From Patescibacteria group bacterium (lineage in GTDB: Bacteria > Patescibacteriota > CPR2 > UBA1875), in the NCBI GenBank assembly GCA_041737595.1, contig JBGSRK010000010.1:32001-96000 (forward strand): a DNA stretch of 64,000 nt, in the 5' to 3' direction. How positions within the stretch are numbered: the first letter of the stretch is position 1; each line of letters opens with the position of its first letter. A program made the position numbers and the translations under genes. This document shows positions 48,871 through 56,669 of the stretch, one piece after another. Under the pieces are notes generated by a model. The model did no database searches, had not been told where the DNA came from, and worked only from the letters and a program-made list of their open reading frames with translations.

Positions 48871-49578
48871 TTGATGGTGCTAAAATTAAATATGGATAGA
48901 GACGTCAAACAGATTGAGTCGATTTACGGAAGCAACACCTTCCTGAGCGAACAAAAAGAAAATAAAGAAGTGAAGCACCTAAGAAGGGTGTTTTTTTCGT
49001 TAACAAAGGATTTGCACGGCAAAAGAATATTATTCATTGGTTGTGGTGATGGCGAAGAATCCATCCAATACAGCAAATGTGGTGCAACAGCATATGGTGT
49101 TGATATTAGTCCCTTATTAATCGCGGAAGCGAAAAAAAACAATCCTTTGGGTAAATTTATGGCAGGAGATTTTCGGAATATTGCTATAAAGAACTCTTTT
49201 GATATTGTTGTATCTATTTTGTCACTGCATTACTCAAAAGATTTAAATAACTCGTTTTCAAAAATATACACACTTCTTAAGCCTGGTGGGATTTGCTTGA
49301 TAGCGACCACTCACCCAACCCATAAAATGGTTACATACAACAACGGGAATTATTTTCGAAAAGGTAAGGTTTGGTATGAATGGAAGGGGTTAAAAAGATT
49401 TAATTATTTCTATCTTATAGAAGATTATATAAACGGTTTTGCAAAAAGTAATTTTCAGATAAAAGAAATGCTTGAAGTTTTTACCCCAGTTAAATTCCGT
49501 TCAGTAGAAAATAAAAATAATGAAAACCCTATCTTTACTATATATAAGATTAAAAAACCATTAAATCAAATAGATTAA
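48871..49578 (+). CDS. Class I SAM-dependent methyltransferase (start uncertain)
   Basis: ILFIGCGDG, GVDIS, LLKPGG, THP. Confidence 0.82.
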   Translation: MMVLKLNMDRDVKQIESIYGSNTFLSEQKENKEVKHLRRVFFSLTKDLHGKRILFIGCGDGEESIQYSKCGATAYGVDISPLLIAEAKKNNPLGKFMAGDFRNIAIKNSFDIVVSILSLHYSKDLNNSFSKIYTLLKPGGICLIATTHPTHKMVTYNNGNYFRKGKVWYEWKGLKRFNYFYLIEDYINGFAKSNFQIKEMLEVFTPVKFRSVENKNNENPIFTIYKIKKPLNQID

Positions 49579-49659
49579 TTCTGATAAGGCATCTTCTAGG
49601 GTAAATATTAGAACTAAAAAAGAAGTCCTTTTGAACTTCCTTTTTAATCTTTTCAAAAC

Positions 49660-49737
49660 TGGGGTGGCTGATGGGATTCGAACCCACGACCCTCGGCACC
49701 ACAAGCCGATGCTCTAACCAACTGAGCTACAACCACC
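49660..49737 (-). tRNA. tRNA-His(GTG), G-1 encoded
   Basis: G-GTGGTTGTAGCTCAG...TCGG-CTTGTGGT-GCCGA...CAGCCACCCCA. Confidence 0.95.
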
Positions 49738-49741
49738 ACGT

Positions 49742-49818
49742 TGGTGCGCCCTGAGGGATTCGAACCCCCGGCCTTCTGGTCCGAAGCCAGACGCTCTATC
49801 CAGCTGAGCTAAGGGCGC
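49742..49818 (-). tRNA. tRNA-Arg(TCG)
   Basis: GCGCCCTTAGCTCAG...CTGG-CTTCGGA-CCAG...GGGCGCACCA. Confidence 0.95.
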
Positions 49819-49841
49819 ACATTTTTTAGTTTCTTATATAT

Positions 49842-49916
49842 TGGAGCGGGTAAGGAGAGTCGAACTCCTGTCTTCAGCTTGGAAGGCTGACATAATAGCC
49901 ACTATACGATACCCGC
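49842..49916 (-). tRNA. tRNA-Gly(TCC)
   Basis: GCGGGTATCGTATAG...TCAGC-CTTCCAA-GCTGA...ACCCGCTCCA. Confidence 0.95.
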
Positions 49917-49918
49917 AT

Positions 49919-49994
49919 TGGTCGGGGAGACAGGACTCGAACCTGCGACCTCATGGTCCCAAACCACGCGCGCTACCAGCTGCGCCACTCCCCG
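49919..49994 (-). tRNA. tRNA-Pro(TGG)
   Basis: CGGGGAGTGGCGCAG...CGTGG-TTTGGGA-CCATG...CCCCGACCA. Confidence 0.95.
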
Positions 49995-50124
49995 TCATCG
50001 TCGAAATCTGCTTATGAGTTTTGACATGGCCATCCAAGTCTTAACCCAACTGCAGTTTCTCCTCTTAGAACAAAATCAACAGATTTTGTTCTTTTGAAGC
50101 AAATTACAAACAAGTTATAACGAG
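49995..50124 (-). ncRNA. Conserved structured tRNA-leader element, copy B
   Basis: Similar to 46441..46586; begins just after TTGATA-17 bp-TATAAT. Confidence 0.6.
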
Positions 50125-50164
50125 GATAATTATAACCGATTTATAGCTATTTATCAATAAATTT

Positions 50165-50189
50165 AAAAAGGAGCCAGTGGCTCCTTTTT
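50165..50189 (-). terminator. Intrinsic terminator after hup
   Basis: AAAAAGGAGCC-AGT-GGCTCCTTTTT. Confidence 0.8.
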
Positions 50190-50190
50190 A

Positions 50191-50463
50191 TTATCTAACT
50201 TCTTCTTTTAAACCTTTACCAGCACGGAAACGAGGAAGTTTCATACTTGGTATAGTGATTTCTTTCCCAGTTTGAGGATCACGTCCTCTGCGTTTAGCAA
50301 TTTGCCCAAGATAAAATGTTCCAAATGAAGTAATAGAAACTTTTTCGCCTTTTTTTATTTTTTCAGTTATTGATTCAACCATGCTATTCATTATTTTTTC
50401 AATTTCTCTTTTTGAATGGCCGGTCTTTGTTGCAAGTTCTGATACTAATTCTCTTTTTGTCAT
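50191..50463 (-). CDS. hup: DNA-binding protein HU
   Basis: MTKRELV, FGTF, RRGRDPQTG, PRFRAGKGLKE. Confidence 0.93.
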   Translation of the reverse strand: MTKRELVSELATKTGHSKREIEKIMNSMVESITEKIKKGEKVSITSFGTFYLGQIAKRRGRDPQTGKEITIPSMKLPRFRAGKGLKEEVR

Positions 50464-50531
50464 TTTTACTCCTTTTATTTCAACTTAAATATTTTATCAA
50501 TCGTTTATCCCTATGTCAAAGGATTTTTTTA

Positions 50532-51320
50532 TTATTTATCAATCCTTTTAATTTTTATTGGTTTAAATTCTTTATCAAATGAAATTAAAACTGAATTAAA
50601 AACACCTTTTCCATCGGCTACTTCAAATTTACCACCTGTACCCTTTATAAATCGTTCAAGTATAATTTCGCTTTTAACTCCAAGCACAGAATTTTTTGGA
50701 CCTGTCATTCCAACATCTGAAATATAAATGGTACCATTTTTTAGAATCTTTGCATCTGCTGTTGGAACATGTGTGTGAGTACCAATTACTGCTGATATCT
50801 TACCATCTGCATGAAACCCCATTGCAACTTTTTCTGATGTCATTTCTGCATGAAAATCTAGAATTGAAATATCATAATCTTTTTTGCTAGCAAGGATTTC
50901 ATCAAGTTTTTTAAATGGGTTAGAAGTTTTTTCATTTATTCCTTCTTTACCAAGAAGATTTATTATTAACAACCTGCCGAAAGAAGTTGTAAGAACACGA
51001 TAACCGTGACCTGGATATTTAGAGGTAAAGTTTGCTGGTCTTAAAACAGGCATTCCTTTTTTTGCGATATCTGTAATAAATGATTTTTCTCTCCAAACAT
51101 GATTACCTGTAGTAAAAAAATCTATTCCCACTTCGTGCATTTCAAGTAAAATATCGCGGTTAACACCTACTCTTTCAGAAAGATGTTCACCATTAGCAAT
51201 AACATAATCAATCTTATATTTTTCTCTTATTATCGGTAAATATTTTTTTACAGTATCTCGACCAGCTTTACCTATAATATCTCCGATAAATAATATGTTT
51301 ATTTCTTTTTTTGAGGTCAT
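50532..51320 (-). CDS. ymdB: YmdB-family metallophosphoesterase
   Basis: FIGDIIG, TGNH, DFHAE.TSEK, GTHTHVPTAD, DVGMTG. Confidence 0.93.
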   Translation of the reverse strand: MTSKKEINILFIGDIIGKAGRDTVKKYLPIIREKYKIDYVIANGEHLSERVGVNRDILLEMHEVGIDFFTTGNHVWREKSFITDIAKKGMPVLRPANFTSKYPGHGYRVLTTSFGRLLIINLLGKEGINEKTSNPFKKLDEILASKKDYDISILDFHAEMTSEKVAMGFHADGKISAVIGTHTHVPTADAKILKNGTIYISDVGMTGPKNSVLGVKSEIILERFIKGTGGKFEVADGKGVFNSVLISFDKEFKPIKIKRIDK

Positions 51321-51371
51321 TTTTTTCCTTCTTCAGTTAGATACTGATCCATTTATAATGGAAACCCCTGT

Positions 51372-52895
51372 TTATTTTGCGTATTCTACTGCCCTCGTCT
51401 CACGAATAACATTTACTTTAATTTGACCTGGATATTTAAGATCAGACTCAATTTTTCGGGCTACTTCTTTGGCTAATTTTTCAGCACCAAGATCGTCTAT
51501 TGCTTTAGGAGTAACCATCACACGAACTTCGCGGCCAGCTTGAATTGCAAAGGCTTTTTCAACCCCTTCAAAAGAAGTAGCTATGCCTTCTAGCTCAGTT
51601 AAGCGCTTAATATAATTATCCATTGAGTCTCTTCTTACCCCTGGGCGAGATGCAGAAATTGCATCAGCTGAAAGAATAATAATAGCTTCAACGGTTTTTG
51701 GTTCAACATCTTCATGATGAGCTTCAACTGCATGTTGTATTTCTTCAGAGATTCCATATTTTTTACAAATATCTCGAGAAATAATAGCATGAGAGCCAGT
51801 CATTTCTTGATCAATTGCTTTACCTATATCATGCAGGAGACCAGCTTTTTTCGCAATTGCAACATCTGCACCCATCTCAGCAGCCATTGTACCTGCAAGG
51901 TGTGCTGTTTCGATTGAGTGATCTAATACATTTTGAGAAAATGAGGTTCTAAATTTTAAACGGCCAATAACTTTTAAAAGTTCAACTGGAAGCCCAGCAA
52001 CACCAGTTTCATAGGCTGCTCTTTCTCCGGCTTCTTTAACAATTTTATCAATATCAGCTTGTGCTTTTTCAACAGCTTCTTCAATTTTTGAAGGATGAAT
52101 GCGACCGTCTGCTATTAAACGTTCTAGAGTTAGCTTAGCAACTTGTCGACGAACAGGGTCAAAACCTGAGATAACAATAGTTTCTGGAGTATCATCAACA
52201 ATAATATCGCAACCAGTTAATTTTTCGATTGCTTGGATATTTCTTCCTTCTCGGCCAATTATTCTTCCTTTCATTTCATCGCTTGGTAGGGTAATTGCAG
52301 TAACTGTGGATTCGGCGGTTTGATCTGAAGAAAGTCTTTGAATAGCAGTTGCAATTATTTCTCTTGCCTCTTTGTCTGCATCTTCTTTGGCGTCATCTTT
52401 TACTTTTCTAATTCTTTCAACAATATCTTTCTTATAATCTTTTTCTACCATTTCAAGTAATTTTTTTTGAGCATCGTCTTTTGAAAGTTTAGAAATCTTT
52501 TCTAAATTTTTTTCTTGTTTTTCTCGTAGGTCACGAAGATAATTTTTGTTTTCATCTATCTCTGCTTTATCTTTTTCTATTGCATCTCTTTTTGTGTCAA
52601 TATCTGTTAATTTTTTATCAATTGATTCTTCTTTGATCGCAAGTCTTTTTTCCAGGTCTAATAGGTCTGATCTTCTTTCCTTTTCTTCTTTTTTTGCAAT
52701 GTCAGTAATTTTTGAGGCTTCTTCTTTTGCATTAAGAATTGTTTCCTTTGCTTCGGACTTTGCGCTATCAATTACTTTTTGGGCCTGGGCTTCAGCATTT
52801 GAGGTTTGTGTTTTTGCTTTTACGTTGCGCGCCACCCAACCAGAAACACCCCCAGCCGTAAGCCCGACTACAAGCCAAACTAATATCGGTGTCAT
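51372..52895 (-). CDS. rny: Ribonuclease Y
   Basis: N-terminal TM, coiled coil, KGRIIGREGRNI (KH), LLHDIGK (HD); ATG at 52895 after AAGGAG. Confidence 0.96.
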   Translation of the reverse strand: MTPILVWLVVGLTAGGVSGWVARNVKAKTQTSNAEAQAQKVIDSAKSEAKETILNAKEEASKITDIAKKEEKERRSDLLDLEKRLAIKEESIDKKLTDIDTKRDAIEKDKAEIDENKNYLRDLREKQEKNLEKISKLSKDDAQKKLLEMVEKDYKKDIVERIRKVKDDAKEDADKEAREIIATAIQRLSSDQTAESTVTAITLPSDEMKGRIIGREGRNIQAIEKLTGCDIIVDDTPETIVISGFDPVRRQVAKLTLERLIADGRIHPSKIEEAVEKAQADIDKIVKEAGERAAYETGVAGLPVELLKVIGRLKFRTSFSQNVLDHSIETAHLAGTMAAEMGADVAIAKKAGLLHDIGKAIDQEMTGSHAIISRDICKKYGISEEIQHAVEAHHEDVEPKTVEAIIILSADAISASRPGVRRDSMDNYIKRLTELEGIATSFEGVEKAFAIQAGREVRVMVTPKAIDDLGAEKLAKEVARKIESDLKYPGQIKVNVIRETRAVEYAK

Positions 52896-52942
52896 TTTCT
52901 CTCCTTTTCTCAACACTTAAAAGGCGGTTGAGTATAAGCCGC

Positions 52943-53086
52943 AAGCTGACAATATTTAGTCACATAACCTAGGTAGTTTTTAACTAGCCTGATTATTTAT
53001 ATTTGAGATTTAAAGACAAAATAATATTTTGAGTCGGATTAATATGAATTTTTTAATATATTTTAGTTTCTCTAGGTTGTCAGCTT
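52943..53086 (-). ncRNA. Candidate 6S-like RNA / long rny leader hairpin
   Basis: AAGCTGACAA...TTGTCAGCTT and AACCTAG...CTAGGTT stems; promoter TTGCAA-17 bp-TATAAT at 53108..53136. Confidence 0.5.
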
Positions 53087-53172
53087 TTTATTTTAATTTC
53101 TAATTGGATTATAGCTCAAAATTAACTATTTTGCAATCTGTATTTTTCTCTATTTTAAAGTAAAATAGAGTT

Positions 53173-54030
53173 ATGAAACCAAAAATTTCTTACCATTTTG
53201 CAAAACTTCCATTAACAAAACTTCATTATGCTAAATGTGGTAATGGAGAACCACTTATTATTGTCCCTGCAACTATCTCTGAAATTGATAATTGGAAAGG
53301 TTTAATTGAATTTTTTGGGCAAAAATATACTGTATATTTTTTTGAACTTCCGGGCCATGGTAAATCAGAAAAGTTTTCAGGTAGATTTAAAAGCGAACTT
53401 GTTACGAAAACAGTCTCTGATTTAATTGACTTTTTAGGCTATAAAAAAGTAAATTTGATGGGTTTTTCTTTTGGAGGTATTTTAACAATTAAAATTTTAA
53501 ATAAACTTACTTCAAAAATAGAAAAAACTATTTTAGTATCCCCTTGTTTAACAAATAAAGCACTTACTCATAAAAAATGGCAACTTTTGTCTATTAGATT
53601 ATTAACTAAAATATTGCGACCAAAAATATCTCAAAAAATTATTTTAAAAATAATGCATGGTCAAAGAACATCAAAAATCATAATGTGGATATTAGAAAAA
53701 ATTGGTAAAGTTGAACATTTGAATGAATTAAGAAAAAAAATACTCATATTCCCAGCGGAAAAACTAGATGTTGTTATATATCAAATAGATGAAATCCTAA
53801 ATACTAATTTTAAATATATTAAAGAACAATTTGAAAATAAATTATATTTTGCAATGTCTACAAATGACCCTTTGCTTAATTATCAAACCACTGAAAATGA
53901 AATAAAAAGACTATTTAAAAAAACCTACATCCATAAATTTGACTTCCCTTATCACCAACCCCCAAAACCATTTACTTGTGAAGGATTAAATGAAAATTAT
54001 AGAGATTTACTAAGTGAAATAGTTAAATAG
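53173..54030 (+). CDS. Alpha/beta hydrolase
   Basis: ELPGHGKS, GFSFGG, D and H in the expected order. Confidence 0.85.
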   Translation: MKPKISYHFAKLPLTKLHYAKCGNGEPLIIVPATISEIDNWKGLIEFFGQKYTVYFFELPGHGKSEKFSGRFKSELVTKTVSDLIDFLGYKKVNLMGFSFGGILTIKILNKLTSKIEKTILVSPCLTNKALTHKKWQLLSIRLLTKILRPKISQKIILKIMHGQRTSKIIMWILEKIGKVEHLNELRKKILIFPAEKLDVVIYQIDEILNTNFKYIKEQFENKLYFAMSTNDPLLNYQTTENEIKRLFKKTYIHKFDFPYHQPPKPFTCEGLNENYRDLLSEIVK

Positions 54031-54573
54031 TTATAGTTTTAGATATTTTTTTAATTTCTCAAAAGCTAATCTTCTCATACTAATTTTGTTTTTTTCTGCA
54101 GGTGACATTTCTGCAAAAGTTTTATTATAACCTTCTGGAATGAATATTGGTTCCCAACCAAAATCACTTGAACCCATTTGATCAACAATTTTCCCTAAAT
54201 TTTCACCTTTAAAAAATTTTATTTCATCTCTGTTTTTTGCATATCCAATTAGTGTTACTGCTCTTGCCCCATCTTTACCTATTTTTTTAGCAATATTTGA
54301 AAGACCAGTATTCCCAATCGTTTTCATAAACCATTTAATTAACGGTCCAGGTAAATCTTTCCCTAGAGCTTCCATATATAATGAAGTATCTTCAACAATA
54401 AATGGTCCTTTGTGATGTTTAAATGCTTCTTTTAATTTTTCATTGATTATTTTATGTGGGTCGATTTCTTGTATTTCTGGCAAATCAATATCAATCCCTT
54501 CGATCTTATCATCCCCTAATATAGCTTTTGCTTCAGCTAATTTAAATTTACTCCCAGTAATAAAATATATCAT
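54031..54573 (-). CDS. Non-canonical purine NTP pyrophosphatase (Ham1/ITPase family)
   Basis: FITGS..K..E, PEIQ, VEDTSL, PGPLIKWF, FGWEPIF, KNKISMR. Confidence 0.9.
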   Translation of the reverse strand: MIYFITGSKFKLAEAKAILGDDKIEGIDIDLPEIQEIDPHKIINEKLKEAFKHHKGPFIVEDTSLYMEALGKDLPGPLIKWFMKTIGNTGLSNIAKKIGKDGARAVTLIGYAKNRDEIKFFKGENLGKIVDQMGSSDFGWEPIFIPEGYNKTFAEMSPAEKNKISMRRLAFEKLKKYLKL

Positions 54574-54977
54574 TTTAATCCTTTAGGTTTAGTTATTATT
54601 GGTTCTGAGCCATAGAATGGCAATGCGATTTTTTTTGGATCGTCTAAATTAATTATTTTTTTTGTCTTTGTTTCGTAAATTGGTATATTAAGAGCAAATG
54701 CAATACCATTAGCAAAAGAAATACCTATTCTAAGACCCGTAAAACTTCCTGGTCCAACAAAAACACAAATACCCAATAAATCACCGGGTTTAATAATAGA
54801 TTCATTGAAAATATCGGTGTACTTTTTTGAAAGAGTAGCTGAAAGTTCTCTCCCTGCCATCCAAGTAATCGATTTTATAATTTCTTTTGATTTACAAATA
54901 GAAATAGTAGCTTCTACATCTGCTGTATCAATATATAAAATGTAATTATCTGATTTCAAGTTCTCTTTCATGTTCAC
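54570..54977 (-). CDS. tsaB: t6A biosynthesis protein TsaB (short form)
   Basis: LYIDT, GPGSFTGLRIG. Confidence 0.88.
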   Translation of the reverse strand: MNMKENLKSDNYILYIDTADVEATISICKSKEIIKSITWMAGRELSATLSKKYTDIFNESIIKPGDLLGICVFVGPGSFTGLRIGISFANGIAFALNIPIYETKTKKIINLDDPKKIALPFYGSEPIITKPKGLK

Positions 54978-55359
54978 CTTTCCATTTAAAATTAATTGAA
55001 GTATATTTACTCGGTTTAAAATCTCCTAATCTATCTGCCCATTCAACTGCTAAAACACCATTTTTATCTTTAATTGCTTCTTCTATTAAAAGTTTTATAT
55101 CCTGGTCTAACACTTCTTCTCTATATAAATCAAAATGATAAAGACTAATTTTAGGTCCGTTATAAATTTTTTCATATGTAAATGTTGGGCTTGTTATATC
55201 TTCTGAAATTAAAAGCCCTTTAGCTAACCCTTTTACAAATTGAGTCTTTCCACCGCCGAGCTCTCCGGACAATAGAAAAACTTCGCCACCTTTGCATTTT
55301 TTGCCATAGGTTTCTCCAATATTTTTCGTATCCTTCTCGCTCGATGTTAAATGTAGCAA
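54946..55359 (-). CDS. tsaE: t6A biosynthesis ATPase TsaE
   Basis: GELGGGKT, ITSPTF, HFDLYR, VEWA. Confidence 0.93.
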   Translation of the reverse strand: MLHLTSSEKDTKNIGETYGKKCKGGEVFLLSGELGGGKTQFVKGLAKGLLISEDITSPTFTYEKIYNGPKISLYHFDLYREEVLDQDIKLLIEEAIKDKNGVLAVEWADRLGDFKPSKYTSINFKWKGEHERELEIR

Positions 55360-56521
55360 ATATTTTTTCCTTGTTTACGTATAAAGTATAGGCAAAGGCA
55401 GAAAAAATTGCTACCCCGATAAATATTATTCCAAGCATTTTATCTGAAGGACTAGTGTTATTAAATGGTTTATCAAATATATTACTTATTTTGGGTTCAT
55501 TTTGTGACCCCATTACCTCAGCTGAAGGGACTGTCCCCTTTTTTGTTTTAATTTTTATGTCTGATGCTTCTGTTTTTTTTTGGGACATAACTGCCCCTAA
55601 AGTATCTGTAATTGATTCATATGTAATAATATTCTTTGCCGCAGGAGTTGGGGTTTTTGTCCATTGCCATTTTTCACCATTAAAAGCATATGAATAACCT
55701 TTTTTTGAGGCCCCAAAACTTGTACCACTATCATCAAAAATAACTCCCATACCATCTATTAATACTAACCCATCACCATCATTATTTAATGATATGCCGG
55801 TTTTATCAGAATAAAAAACCATATACTGGCCTTCTGAAATATTTATTCCTTCTGGAACTGTATATTTTTTTATACTTCCAAGTTTATCTGAAATTATTAG
55901 GCCTGAAATATCCTTTGAAACTTCAGAATTATATATTTCAAACCATTCTTTACCATCTTCGGGGGATGGCATAATTTCTGTTAAACATAAACCACTATAA
56001 TCCTTGTTATTAATTATTTGTTTTTCATAGAAATCATAATAGTTATTATCTGTGTCAGTTGTATTTTTACGGTACCAAATATTGTTTTTAGCAGATGGAG
56101 CAGGCTTTGTTTCAAAATCTGACGACTTACCAAAACCAACTTTATCAACTATTGTTTTACCCGAATCAGAAAAAAGTATTATCGAGTTATCTTCAGATAT
56201 AGAATAATCTGTGGAATAATAAATGTCTGGATTTTCAGTACTATCTTTGTGCCCTATTATTAATGACTCATTTGGCCTGATTTCTGCTGAGGGGAATTCT
56301 GTAATTAAATTGTATTTACTCCCTGATGCAGTTTTTTTAGCAAGTTGCCAACCTATAATATTAATATTTTCAGATGAAATATTTCTTAGTTCAACAAACT
56401 CATCAGTAGTTTTTTCACCAGCCACTTTATAAGAATAAATTATTATATTGTTTGATACGGCAAATACAGGAAGTTGGACAGATAATAATAAACAAAATAA
56501 TATTATCATTTTAATAAACAT
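55220..56521 (-). CDS. Secreted, C-terminally anchored protein with two lamin-tail domains
   Basis: Signal peptide; DEFVELRN..INIIGWQL; EIMPSP..EWFEIYN..LNNDGD..TPTPAAKN; C-terminal TM. Confidence 0.85.
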   Translation of the reverse strand: MFIKMIILFCLLLSVQLPVFAVSNNIIIYSYKVAGEKTTDEFVELRNISSENINIIGWQLAKKTASGSKYNLITEFPSAEIRPNESLIIGHKDSTENPDIYYSTDYSISEDNSIILFSDSGKTIVDKVGFGKSSDFETKPAPSAKNNIWYRKNTTDTDNNYYDFYEKQIINNKDYSGLCLTEIMPSPEDGKEWFEIYNSEVSKDISGLIISDKLGSIKKYTVPEGINISEGQYMVFYSDKTGISLNNDGDGLVLIDGMGVIFDDSGTSFGASKKGYSYAFNGEKWQWTKTPTPAAKNIITYESITDTLGAVMSQKKTEASDIKIKTKKGTVPSAEVMGSQNEPKISNIFDKPFNNTSPSDKMLGIIFIGVAIFSAFAYTLYVNKEKIFATFNIEREGYEKYWRNLWQKMQRWRSFSIVRRARRWKDSICKRVS

Positions 56522-56669
56522 AAGTATATTATAATACTTATGTTTGGATACTCAAGAGTTATTTATAAAAAATCATTATTATATAGCCAAAAAAAATATA
56601 ACTTTTTTTCTGCTTTTTTTAGTCCTCTTAGTGCGTTAAAATAATATTATCATATTGGAGGGGAAGTAC

